Source: an uncultured Candidatus Binatia bacterium
Lineage (GTDB): Bacteria; Desulfobacterota; Binatia; UBA9968; CAXXLF01
Assembly: GCA_965218425.1 (NCBI GenBank)
Contig: OZ244621.1
Span: forward strand, 1,056,001 to 1,120,000
Length of the DNA: 64,000 bases
Direction of reading: 5' to 3'
The position numbers were made by a program, and so were the translations under genes. Shown in pieces: positions 8,864 through 18,981 of this stretch (positions are counted from its first letter, which is position 1; every line of letters starts with the position of its first letter). Under the pieces are notes generated by a model, which was not told the origin of the DNA, ran no database searches, and saw nothing but the letters and a program-made list of their open reading frames with translations.

Positions 8864-9622
8864 TCACCGGCCCGTGATCCATCGCTCGTAATGGCGCCAC
8901 ACCCCGCTGGGTTTGCGTGCCGTGGGCGCCACTTCCGGCTTGAGATGGGCCTGCTCAGCTAACTTTCTCATATTGGCCCCGAAATCGGCCATCTGCTCCT
9001 TGGTGATGGTGGGATGATCAGGCCCCATGGCCGTGTAGGCGTAGTAGTTCATGCGCGCCTGTTCTTCGAGGTGAAGCATATTAGTGACTGCCTCCTCCAA
9101 ATCCTCCCCCGCCGTAGCCGCCCCGTGCCCCTGGAGCAGGATCGCCTTGGAGTCACCTAATAGCTTGGCCACTTCCGCACCGTCTTCTTCGCGAATAATG
9201 AGACGCGGGAATGGAAACATGGGAAGCGGATTTCGAAACATGGCCATCCCTTCTATGCACATGGGCCTGATGTTAGCCTGTAAGACGCTCATCAACACCG
9301 TGAAACGCGGATGCACGTGCACCACAGATTGGACTTCGGGGTGCCCGCGCAGGATGCAGGAGTGCATCTTCACCTCGTTGGGCAGATTCAGTTCCTTTGG
9401 CCCATCCGTCTTGAATCCTTCCAGGTCGCACACCACCAGGTGGTCTTCCTCGATAAGGGACAACGCAGGGCCAAGTCCTTTGATCACGAACCGATCCGGA
9501 TTGCCCGGCAGTCGCATGCTTGCGTGTCCCCGCTCGATGGTCGGACCGTCGGCAAGGCCCATCTCGAACAGCATACGATTGGCAATCACGACTTCCCGCT
9601 TGACGTCATCGATTTCCGCCAT
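8864..9622 (-). CDS. Class II aldolase/adducin family protein
   Basis: GHASMR, EVKMH, SVVHVHP and LLQGHG Zn-binding motifs. Confidence 0.9.
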   Translation of the reverse strand: MAEIDDVKREVVIANRMLFEMGLADGPTIERGHASMRLPGNPDRFVIKGLGPALSLIEEDHLVVCDLEGFKTDGPKELNLPNEVKMHSCILRGHPEVQSVVHVHPRFTVLMSVLQANIRPMCIEGMAMFRNPLPMFPFPRLIIREEDGAEVAKLLGDSKAILLQGHGAATAGEDLEEAVTNMLHLEEQARMNYYAYTAMGPDHPTITKEQMADFGANMRKLAEQAHLKPEVAPTARKPSGVWRHYERWITGR

Positions 9623-9651
9623 GGTAACCTCCTGACCATTTCTAATAACTC

Positions 9652-9864
9652 AACCGCAGATTTCCGCCGATTATCGCAGATGAAAGATGGCAAAGAGCAT
9701 AGAGTTCACTTTTAAGCTATCAGCTTTCAGCCCTCAGCTCCGAACACATTCCTGCCCGTTGCATCTGCTAACTTTTTTTGTCTTTTCGTCCCGTTTTCAG
9801 TAATTCGTTGTCTCATTTCGCTTTGCGCTATGCTGATTCCGGGTCCGCGTAAATCTGCGGTTAA
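9652..9864. repeat. Family A inverted-repeat element enclosing nested heptamer repeats
   Basis: Left arm AACCGCAGATTTCCGCCGATTATCGCAGATG, right arm TCCGCGTAAATCTGCGGTTAA, with internal 7-mer runs. Confidence 0.75.
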
Positions 9865-9910
9865 AAGCTCTTGATGCCATACACTTTCTCTTATTTCTCG
9901 CAAGGGGGTA

Positions 9911-10441
9911 CTAGATCGGTTTGGCGTCGATGAGCACAAAGGCCACCCGGCATGGCTCGTTGCTACGGTTGCTCCAGGCATGGCTGGTGCCGCGTTGAAT
10001 CAGGCAATCGCCTTGCCCCATCAAGGTCTCGCCCTCGTCCATAACGGCATAGATCTCACCAGAAAGGACGATCGCGTAATCGATGGAATCGGTTTTGTGC
10101 ATGCCCGGATGACGCGAGGTGTCGGTGGCGGCCGACCTGCCCAGACCCGCGTTTCGAAACGACATATCTTCTTTTGTCCCTGCTGCGAAGCGGGCACTGT
10201 CGGGCGGGTACTCCACGATTCGGAATCGGGTGCCCTTTGGCGGTGGGTGCAAGGAGCTTGGGCGGTTCCCGGTGTCCTCACCACCGCTGTTGTCGGCGGG
10301 AGCCGAGTCTGTGCTCCAAAGCTCCGTCACCCCCCCGCCACCCGGGCGATCGCGAACGTTCTTCGCGTTTTCATCTATCAGGAACACAGAGCGGCCTTCA
10401 AGGTCGTGGCCTGTGACAATGCGCCGAATGGGTCGAGCCAT
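9911..10441 (-). CDS. Cupin domain protein
   Basis: RRIVTGH, MHKTDSIDY and QRGTSHAWSNRS, a typical cupin_2 family pattern. Confidence 0.88.
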   Translation of the reverse strand: MARPIRRIVTGHDLEGRSVFLIDENAKNVRDRPGGGGVTELWSTDSAPADNSGGEDTGNRPSSLHPPPKGTRFRIVEYPPDSARFAAGTKEDMSFRNAGLGRSAATDTSRHPGMHKTDSIDYAIVLSGEIYAVMDEGETLMGQGDCLIQRGTSHAWSNRSNEPCRVAFVLIDAKPI

Positions 10442-10518
10442 GTGATGCCTCCCGATAAATGAGATTCTACAGGAGAAAAGATTCCTAGAACCAATAGCGA
10501 CTTGATCGCAAGCGCTGG

Positions 10519-12144
<1,626 letters not shown>

Positions 12145-12338
12145 AATTAAACCTCACTTATTTCTACGCCATGCAAATGAAACGACATTGCCAATGCATC
12201 AAAACTTAGCGCCTCCGCCGGTGATGTCAACCCGACATCCTGATTGAGACCTGACGGCTTGTTGTCCTATTGCATTGGCACCTCTTGTCTTTAGTACCAA
12301 TTATTAGGTAAAGAAAGGCTCAGAAAGAGGGGATAACT

Positions 12339-13454
12339 ATGGCCAAGCCGGAAATGACCTTTGAACAATGGTGGGTAGGCAGCCACTATCGCAGGTTCGT
12401 CGAGCAAGAGGGGGCTCCCCTCTATAAGGGCAGTTATCTCGACGATTTGAGTACCTTGAAACTCGCCGACTGGGAGAGACGGGGTGGAAAAGTGGGCTAC
12501 ACCCGCTTGGCCGACCAGGAAAAGATCAGCTTTCAGATCGTTGAGATCCCGCCCAAGGGTCAACTCAAACCCGAGCACCATATGTACGAAGCCGTGATGT
12601 ACGTGCTCAAGGGCACAGGGGCCACCGAGATCTGGCAAGAAGGGGAACCAAAGCGAACTATCGAGTGGTCCGAAGGAGCCCTCCTCGCTATTCCCCTCAA
12701 CGCCTGGCACCAGGAATTTAACAATTCCGGAAGTGAGCCGTGCCGCATCGTCTTTGGCACCAACATGGCCCAGGTCATCAACCTCTATCACGATGTAAAC
12801 TACGTATTTAACAATCCCTACTCCTTCAAAAACCGATACAGCTATTCCATGGATAGCTATTACAGCGATGAAGGCACACACCGTAATCTGAGGCTGTTTG
12901 AAACGAATTTTATTCCCGATATTCGAACTTTTAACTTGGACGAGTGGAAAGAGAGGGGCACACGTACCTCCATCATGCGTCTCTATATGGGAAACGCCTC
13001 GTCACAGATTCATATCCTCGAGGTTGGCGAAGGTACCTACGTGACCGCACACAGGCATGGTCAGGGTCCTCACGTCATGGTCGTTGGTGGCGAGGGTTAT
13101 GAGCTGTTGTTTTTCCCTGGAGCGGAGATGGATGCGAGCAAGAGGCTCAAGGTACCGGTCAAGCCTTACGGAGTCGTAGCGCCCAAACTGAACGAGTATC
13201 ATCAGCATTTCAATACTGGAAAGGGTCCTTTCAGGCAGCTTGCCTTCAAGGGTTGGGATCCCAGCGGCGCTTCCATCAGCAACAAGGGCCAGTACGATCC
13301 CGTGGGAGCAGCGAAAAGCGACAATCCGCACGCATACTCTTTCAAGCTCCGCTACGACAAAGAAGACCCGAAAATCCGAGAGGAGTATTATCAAGAGCTG
13401 GAAAAAAACGGCATCTCCTTGAGACTCCCGCCCCTCGACCAGGGAGCGGGATGA
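12339..13454 (+). CDS. Bicupin protein, paralog 3
   Basis: PEHHMYEA...WHQEFN and AHRHGQGPH...HQHFNTG motifs. Confidence 0.82.
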   Translation: MAKPEMTFEQWWVGSHYRRFVEQEGAPLYKGSYLDDLSTLKLADWERRGGKVGYTRLADQEKISFQIVEIPPKGQLKPEHHMYEAVMYVLKGTGATEIWQEGEPKRTIEWSEGALLAIPLNAWHQEFNNSGSEPCRIVFGTNMAQVINLYHDVNYVFNNPYSFKNRYSYSMDSYYSDEGTHRNLRLFETNFIPDIRTFNLDEWKERGTRTSIMRLYMGNASSQIHILEVGEGTYVTAHRHGQGPHVMVVGGEGYELLFFPGAEMDASKRLKVPVKPYGVVAPKLNEYHQHFNTGKGPFRQLAFKGWDPSGASISNKGQYDPVGAAKSDNPHAYSFKLRYDKEDPKIREEYYQELEKNGISLRLPPLDQGAG

Positions 13455-13514
13455 AACACGAAATCAAGCTAATCTAAAAACTCTTGGGAGCTGAATTCCA
13501 ACAGCCGAATTGGC

Positions 13515-13652
13515 CTAGTTGCTTAGTTCTTCCTTAAGCCTCTCAGCAAGCCAAATGCGGGCAAGAGTGGTGGCGTCGGTTGTGCGCTGGCGGGCGAGCC
13601 TGCTCAGCACTGCCTTCATGGCGTGTGGAATCCTCATGCTAAGCTGCGCCGT
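13515..13652 (-). pseudogene. Remnant of a CopG/RHH-type antitoxin (C-terminal part)
   Basis: Reads TAQLSMRIPHAMKAVLSRLARQRTTDATTLARIWLAERLKEELSN*, with an in-frame stop just upstream. Below the ORF-track cutoff. Confidence 0.5.
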
Positions 13653-13772
13653 ATTGTATAGAGTTTATTTAAGAGTCCGTTATTATTGATTTTATTAAAG
13701 CCGGGACGTAGCTAAATATCGACCAATCATGCTATAGAGACGAGCATTCGGTGTATTATTTAAGGAGAGATA

Positions 13773-14723
13773 TTGGCTACTGAGAATAAAGTCGATTGCG
13801 CGATCATAGGTCCGCTGAGCCTTATGAAGCCGACGGTTAATCCGGAGGAGATTCAGGGTTACTTTCGAAGAGCCGAGGAGCTTGGGTTTCACAGTGTCTG
13901 GTTAACGGAGCAGTCCGGTTTCAGGGGCCGGACCGGCGCCCTGGAAAGCATGGCCCTCATGAGTTACGCGGCGGCTATCACCACGCGGATCCGGCTGGGA
14001 TTCGCAGTCATGCTCATCAACCTGCGTAACCCCATTACCGTGGCAAGAGGCATGGCCACCGTGGATCAACTCAGCAAGGGCCGGTTGATTTTAGGCGTCG
14101 CTCTGGGAGCCTCCACCGGCGTCTACGGGGCGTACGGACTGGCCGCAGAGCGTCGGGTCGCCCGTTTCAATGAATCGCTTAACTATATTAAAAAGCTTTG
14201 GACGGAAGAGGACCTGACCTTCGGAGGTGAGTTCTTTCAGATCAAAAACGCCAATCTGCTTCCCAAACCCGTACAGAAGCCCCACCCCCCCATTTGGTTT
14301 GGCGGCAACGTTCCTGCAGCCCTCAAACGTGCCGTGAGAAACGGCACCGGTTTCATCGGTGCCGGCTCCTCTTCCACCGCCGAATTCAAGTCCAACGTCC
14401 AGACTATCCGCCAGGAACTCGAAGCGGCAAAGAAAGACCCGGCTCAATTCCCCCTTGCGAAGAGGGTCAATCTCGCTGTGGACAAGGACAGCGACCGCGC
14501 CCGCAAACGTCTCAGGGAATGGTTCGGGGCGTATTACAATGATCCGGATCGGGCAGACCGGGTCTCGGTCTGGGGCACCGCGGAACAGGTCGTGGAAGGC
14601 CTACGGGAAGTCATCTCCGCCGGCGCGCAGATGGTCATTTTGAGCCCCGTCTTCGACGGCATGGAACAGATGGACATCCTCGCCAGCGAGGTCGTCCCAA
14701 CACTGACTGGGTCGAAAGCTTGA
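13773..14723 (+). CDS. LLM-class flavin/F420-dependent oxidoreductase
   Basis: AEELGFHSVW, DQLSKGRLILGV, PKPVQKPHPPIWFGG and LASEVVP motifs. TTG start with SD AAGGAG. Confidence 0.9.
   Translation: MATENKVDCAIIGPLSLMKPTVNPEEIQGYFRRAEELGFHSVWLTEQSGFRGRTGALESMALMSYAAAITTRIRLGFAVMLINLRNPITVARGMATVDQLSKGRLILGVALGASTGVYGAYGLAAERRVARFNESLNYIKKLWTEEDLTFGGEFFQIKNANLLPKPVQKPHPPIWFGGNVPAALKRAVRNGTGFIGAGSSSTAEFKSNVQTIRQELEAAKKDPAQFPLAKRVNLAVDKDSDRARKRLREWFGAYYNDPDRADRVSVWGTAEQVVEGLREVISAGAQMVILSPVFDGMEQMDILASEVVPTLTGSKA
14627..14723 (+). repeat. Direct repeat copy 1 (3' end of LLM gene)
   Basis: Matches 15700..15796. The first 72 bp differ at only 4 positions. Confidence 0.9.
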
Positions 14724-14852
14724 CCGAAGCCAACCGTCCTCTAACCCCAGACGATGCGGACCAGGGCTGACTCGCGGACCATCTCATCTCCCAATCAGGG
14801 CGAATAGATAAAAAGGCTTCGACCATCGATCTGAATCGACTTATGCATTGCG

Positions 14853-14881
14853 TTGACCTTAACTATCATAGTTGCTATCCT
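14853..14881 (+). promoter_or_regulatory. TA operon promoter with palindromic operator
   Basis: TTGACC-N17-TATCCT. The palindrome AACTAT-C-ATAGTT (14861-14873) lies in the spacer. Confidence 0.65.
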
Positions 14882-14908
14882 ATCTTATCTGATACCTTTG
14901 GAAGTGTG

Positions 14909-15181
14909 ATGAAGACCATGAGTGCCCTGGAAGTGCGAAAGAAATTTGGCAGCGTCCTAGACATGGTGTGCAAGGAACGGATTCCCATCACGATCTCTCG
15001 GGCTAATAAGCCCTTGGCGGTTTTGGTCCCCGCTCAAGATTATAGAGCGAGAAACGCCGGGCGAGAAACCCGTTTGCGTCCGGCCGCTGAGAAAATCGTT
15101 GAGTGGAAAAAGGTCCGTGCGCAAAAGCTCAAAGGACTCAATGCAGTTAAGCTATTGAGGGAGAGCCGGGAGGAGAGGTGA
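14909..15181 (+). CDS. Phd/YefM-family antitoxin
   Basis: MKTMSALEVRKKFGSVLDMV...ITISRANKPLAVLVP. Its stop overlaps the toxin GTG start. Confidence 0.88.
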   Translation: MKTMSALEVRKKFGSVLDMVCKERIPITISRANKPLAVLVPAQDYRARNAGRETRLRPAAEKIVEWKKVRAQKLKGLNAVKLLRESREER

Positions 15182-15576
15182 GGGTTGTAGATGCCTCCTT
15201 AGTGCTTCAGTGGCTTATAGAACAGCCCTCCGCAATCTCTAGAGAGGTCTTAGAAGAACACATTAACGGAGGTGAGCCGCTGGTTGCGCCGGAGCTATTA
15301 AATTATGAAGTTGGAAATGTTCTCGTTACAAAAGTAAAATTGCCTGCCCAGGATGCCTCGGAGCTGTTTGGCTATTTTCTTGACCTAGGAATTGAGACTT
15401 ACACTCTCGGGGCTGACGAATATCAAGCCACTCTAGATCTAGCCCACCGCTACAGGTTGACGGTTTACGACGCAAGTTACGTCGCGCTTGCCCTTGCTCT
15501 GGAGGTCAAGCTAGTGACTGCTGATAAAAGATTAGCCGCCCGCACCCGTGCATCAAAAATCGTTGAAGGTATCTAG
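15178..15576 (+). CDS. vapC: VapC-type PIN-domain toxin
   Basis: VVDAS, YEVGN, LTVYDASYVALA and LVTAD acidic PIN motifs. Confidence 0.9.
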   Translation: MRVVDASLVLQWLIEQPSAISREVLEEHINGGEPLVAPELLNYEVGNVLVTKVKLPAQDASELFGYFLDLGIETYTLGADEYQATLDLAHRYRLTVYDASYVALALALEVKLVTADKRLAARTRASKIVEGI

Positions 15577-15699
15577 CTCGCTGCTTCTCGGAGCTATCCT
15601 CCGGATACACGAGACCTACGATAATTGCCACAACTTGCATCATCTCCCAGGGGAAGTCCCGCGGTCAAAGATGCAAAGTCAAGTAGTGACTCCCATTAG

Positions 15700-15796
15700 G
15701 CAGATGGTGATTTTGAGCCCCGTCTTCGACGGCATGGAACAGATGGAAATCCTCGCCAGCGAGGTGGTTCCTCGCCTCACTAGAATGAAGGGATAA
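15700..15796 (+). repeat. Direct repeat copy 2: orphan duplicate of the LLM gene 3' end
   Basis: Encodes QMVILSPVFDGMEQMEILASEVVPRLTRMKG* with the stop at the equivalent position. Confidence 0.9.
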
Positions 15797-15903
15797 TTAA
15801 ATACAATAAACGAGATCAATTTGAAGCATTGCATTGCGCTCACTGAGAGCAACATGCGGCTGGTAATCTAATTTCGCTCTCTTCCGTGTCTTTCAGTAAA
15901 TTT

Positions 15904-16427
15904 CCCCGGACTTACGTTTGGGGCTTTTCTCAGAATGCAAGCTTCGCTTGTCCCAAGTCTCCTTTTTCCTGATACCGAACCTATCCCCTGATTGCGTCCT
16001 CATCCAAGCCCACCGTGCTTACGAAATACCCCACCGACCCTATCCCACCGCTCCCCCAGTATCGTTCCCGCAAAAACTCAATCTTCTCTTTGAGCCCCCT
16101 CCCCGTGTTCTGCTTCATCATTTGCACTACCCTCCCAATACTGTACTTCGGTGCAAAACTCATTACCCTGTGGACATGATCCGGTTCGATATTTCGCTCG
16201 ATATCTTCCACCTCCGGGTACCTCTTGCCAATCTCATCCAGTTTCACCCTCAGGGACTCATCGACCCCTTTCACCAAAACCTCGTATCGATACCGCGGTA
16301 TCCACACAACGTGGTACATGCAACGATACACACCGTGTGCTTGTCTTCTCAGTTCCACGCATCGACTATACCACTATCAACCAAAGAAGACTTGGGAGCC
16401 CGATACACCCCCGGACTTACGTCGGGG
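15904..16427 (-). mobile_element. IS200/IS605-family element (tnpA only) with subterminal hairpins
   Basis: Near-identical imperfect palindromes CCCCGGACTTACGTTTGGGG (15904-15923) and CCCCGGACTTACGTCGGGG (16409-16427) flank a Y1 transposase. Exact ends were not determined. Confidence 0.85.
15930..16358 (-). pseudogene. tnpA: Y1 (HUH) transposase TnpA with premature TAG
   Basis: YHVVWIPRYR, DHVH and GYFVSTVG motifs. Reads IRG*VRYQEKGDLGQAKLAF*, so the TAG sits where the YxxxQ Tyr belongs. Confidence 0.85.
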
Positions 16428-16555
16428 ATCTTCTAAGGTGTTATTAGAAAAACGGGGAGAGGCCAGTTGTTCCAACCAGCAATCTCAATAGAGCAGCCTG
16501 AGGTAGCCCGGGTTTGACGGACACCCAAAAAGGGGACAAGATAAGAAGGTATCCG

Positions 16556-16846
16556 ATGCACAAGCGAAGGCGATTCACCCAGGAGTTTAAATTGCAGGCT
16601 GTGCGACTTCTTGAGGCGGGCCCTCGGCCAGCAGCGGAGATTGCACGGGAACTGGGAGTCCCTCGCAACCGGTTGTACAAGTGGCAGGAGCAAGTGAGCA
16701 ACAATGGGGCGGCGGCATTTCCAGGCACGGGTCGAGGGAGAGACAACGATGAGGTGGCACGGTTAAAGCGGGAGCTGGAGCGGGTAACGCAAGAGCGAGA
16801 TATACTAAAAAAGGCCGCAGCGTACTTTGCCAAGGAGCTCAAGTAA
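16556..16846 (+). CDS. IS3 transposase OrfA (HTH)
   Basis: RRFTQEFKLQAV...IARELGV...ILKKAAAYFAKE, with an A6G slippery motif at the 3' end. Confidence 0.92.
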   Translation: MHKRRRFTQEFKLQAVRLLEAGPRPAAEIARELGVPRNRLYKWQEQVSNNGAAAFPGTGRGRDNDEVARLKRELERVTQERDILKKAAAYFAKELK

Positions 16847-17705
16847 AGTACGCGTTTATACGAGCTCACAGGATAGAGTTTAGGGTGGTGAGGATGTGTC
16901 AGGTGTTAGAGGTGAGTCGTAGTGGGTACTACGACTGGTGCGGTCGAGGGGAGTCTCGGCGTAGCGTGCGGGACAAGGTTCTGATCAAAGAGATCCGCAA
17001 AGTGCACGAAACACACAAGGAGGCGTACGGAGCAGTCAAGACATGGCTCACGCTGAAAGAGGTGGGGGTAGCCTGTGGGAAGCATGGGGTGCGAGGCTGA
17101 GGAGTTTAGTGGGGATAGAGACCCGTCGGGTGCGAAGATTTCGATTAGCCTACAAGGCCCGCCACAGTGCGTCCCCAGCTCCGAACTTGTTGCGCCAACG
17201 CTTTGAAGCGCCAGGCCCCGATCGGGTATGGATGGCTGATATCACCTTTATTGCTACCCGATCTGGGTGGTTATACCTGGCTGTACTGATTGACCTTTAC
17301 TCTCGGCTGGTGGTGGGATGGTCAATGAAGGAGCGTCCTACCCAGGAATGGGTCAGTGAAGCTTTACTGATGGCTATCGAACAGCGCCAGCCTACAGCGG
17401 GGCTGATTCACCATAGCGACCAGGGTTTGCAGTACTGTACTAACCAATACGTTGAGTTACTCAAACGCCATGGGATCATGCGTAGCATGAGCCGCAAAGG
17501 GAATTGCTATGATAATGCGGTAGTGGAGAGCTTGTTCAGCTCCCTGAAGAATGAGCTTGTTCACCATCAGGATTATCACACGAGGCAAGAAGCTAGGTCG
17601 GATATCTTCGACTACATTGAACTGTTCTACAACCGACGGCGCAAGCATGAGTCGCTGGGATACCCCACCCCAACGACCTACGGCTCGATCAAACGTGTGG
17701 CTTAA
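16810..17705 (+). pseudogene. IS3 transposase OrfB (DDE) with a 1-bp deletion near 17091
   Basis: WMADIT, HHSDQG and DNAVVES motifs. Reads GGGGTGCGAGG here versus GGGGTGGCGAGG in intact copy 2. Confidence 0.88.
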
Positions 17706-17765
17706 CTAACTGTCCGTCAAACCCGGGTCGGTACAGCCTGACTCCATTGAAAGAGGGAGAAAGAG

Positions 17766-18248
17766 ATGCCATCGTTCGATATTGTTTCTGAGGTTGACAC
17801 ACAAGATGTAACCAATGCGGTGGACCAGTCAAACCGCGAAGTTACAACCCGTTTTGATTTCAAAGGATCCCATGCAAAGTTCGAGCTAGAGGGCAAGCAG
17901 GTGACCATGCGCGCCCCCAGCGATTTTCAACTCAAACAAATGCTCGATATTCTCAAAGAACGCCTCGCCAGACGGAAGGTGGACGTACGATGCTTGCAGG
18001 CGGACCCGCCACAGGTGAACGTGAGCGAAGCCTGGCAGACTGTCACGGTTCGCCAGGGCATCGAGACGGAGCTGGCCAAGAAAATCGTTAAGATTACCAA
18101 GGGTGGAAAACTCAAAATCCAGGCGGCCATCCAGGGCGACAAGGTTCGCGTCACTGGTAAGAAGAGAGACGAGCTTCAACAAGTCATTGCCATGCTGAAG
18201 GACTCCGATATCGATATGCCGCTCCAATATACCAACTACCGCGACTAA
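17766..18248 (+). CDS. yajQ: YajQ family nucleotide/c-di-GMP-binding protein
   Basis: MPSFDIVSEVD, RFDFKGS, IQGDKVRVTGKKRD and QYTNYRD motifs. Confidence 0.95.
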   Translation: MPSFDIVSEVDTQDVTNAVDQSNREVTTRFDFKGSHAKFELEGKQVTMRAPSDFQLKQMLDILKERLARRKVDVRCLQADPPQVNVSEAWQTVTVRQGIETELAKKIVKITKGGKLKIQAAIQGDKVRVTGKKRDELQQVIAMLKDSDIDMPLQYTNYRD

Positions 18249-18424
18249 CCGCCACGCTCATGACTTCTCAAATTGAGCGCCATGTGCGAATTGAGAAATG
18301 TGAAATGGTTTTTTGTTCTTGCAATTATTTTAAGAAAAGTTAAAAATAACCGACGCAGAGAATTCAGTCGATCCGATTGACAAGTCCCCTGCTGGGAGTT
18401 CGTAGAACCAATCGTTTTGCACCC

Positions 18425-18874
18425 ATGCTTCGCCACTTCGCATCCGGTCTAACCGTTCTAGTCATCCTCGTCATTTCCCATGAAGTTTTCCCCGAGCCTG
18501 AGATGGTTGAATTGATGTTTGCCCGGGATATGGTCCTGAGGGAACCCGTGCGGCCATTCAAGCCGGGAGCGTACTGCGAACGTGGGGCGGAGCCGGCAGG
18601 TCCCATACCTGTGGTGAATTCGCAGGTGGAAAACAAGGTCTTTTTTTGGAGCCTCTTCACCCATGCGTCCGAAGGTATTTTACGCCATGGCTGGTACAAA
18701 GAAGATGTCGAAATTTATAGTGAAAACATCGAGATAGGGGAATCCGGCTGGTGGCGTAGCTGGAGTGACAAGAAGATCGTCCCCAAAGAGGACACTGGGA
18801 AATGGAAGTTAGTGGTGTCCACCCTAGGTGAAAATCAGCAGATCATCTGTGTCGTTCACTTTCTCGTAAAGTAA
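18425..18874 (+). CDS. Secreted DUF2914-like domain protein
   Basis: Hydrophobic N-terminus plus HxWY, WRSWSxK and GKWKLVV pattern. Confidence 0.65.
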   Translation: MLRHFASGLTVLVILVISHEVFPEPEMVELMFARDMVLREPVRPFKPGAYCERGAEPAGPIPVVNSQVENKVFFWSLFTHASEGILRHGWYKEDVEIYSENIEIGESGWWRSWSDKKIVPKEDTGKWKLVVSTLGENQQIICVVHFLVK

Positions 18875-18981
18875 CCTGCCATTTTATCTATCCTCCGCTG
18901 ATCGCACTCTTCAGACCGTCTACTCTAGACTTGACATCTCGGCTGCCTTTCACCATTGTGACATGACCCCTTCAACTCAAT

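Larger units (their letters stand above)
16499..17735 (+). mobile_element. IS3-family insertion sequence, copy 1 (1237 bp, orfB frameshifted)
   Basis: TG...CA termini, ~25-bp imperfect IRs (core CCCGGGTTTGACGGACA) and a GCC 3-bp target duplication. Confidence 0.95.

Noticed and set aside
9727..9981. 84-aa ORF across the repeat mosaic (likewise 60964-61266 and 63672-63917)
   Set aside because: These are translations of repeat DNA overlapping real gene ends, with no SD or family signal.
15918..16436. 172-aa plus-strand ORF as IS cargo or TnpB
   Set aside because: It is antisense to tnpA and shows no RuvC or Zn-finger motifs.
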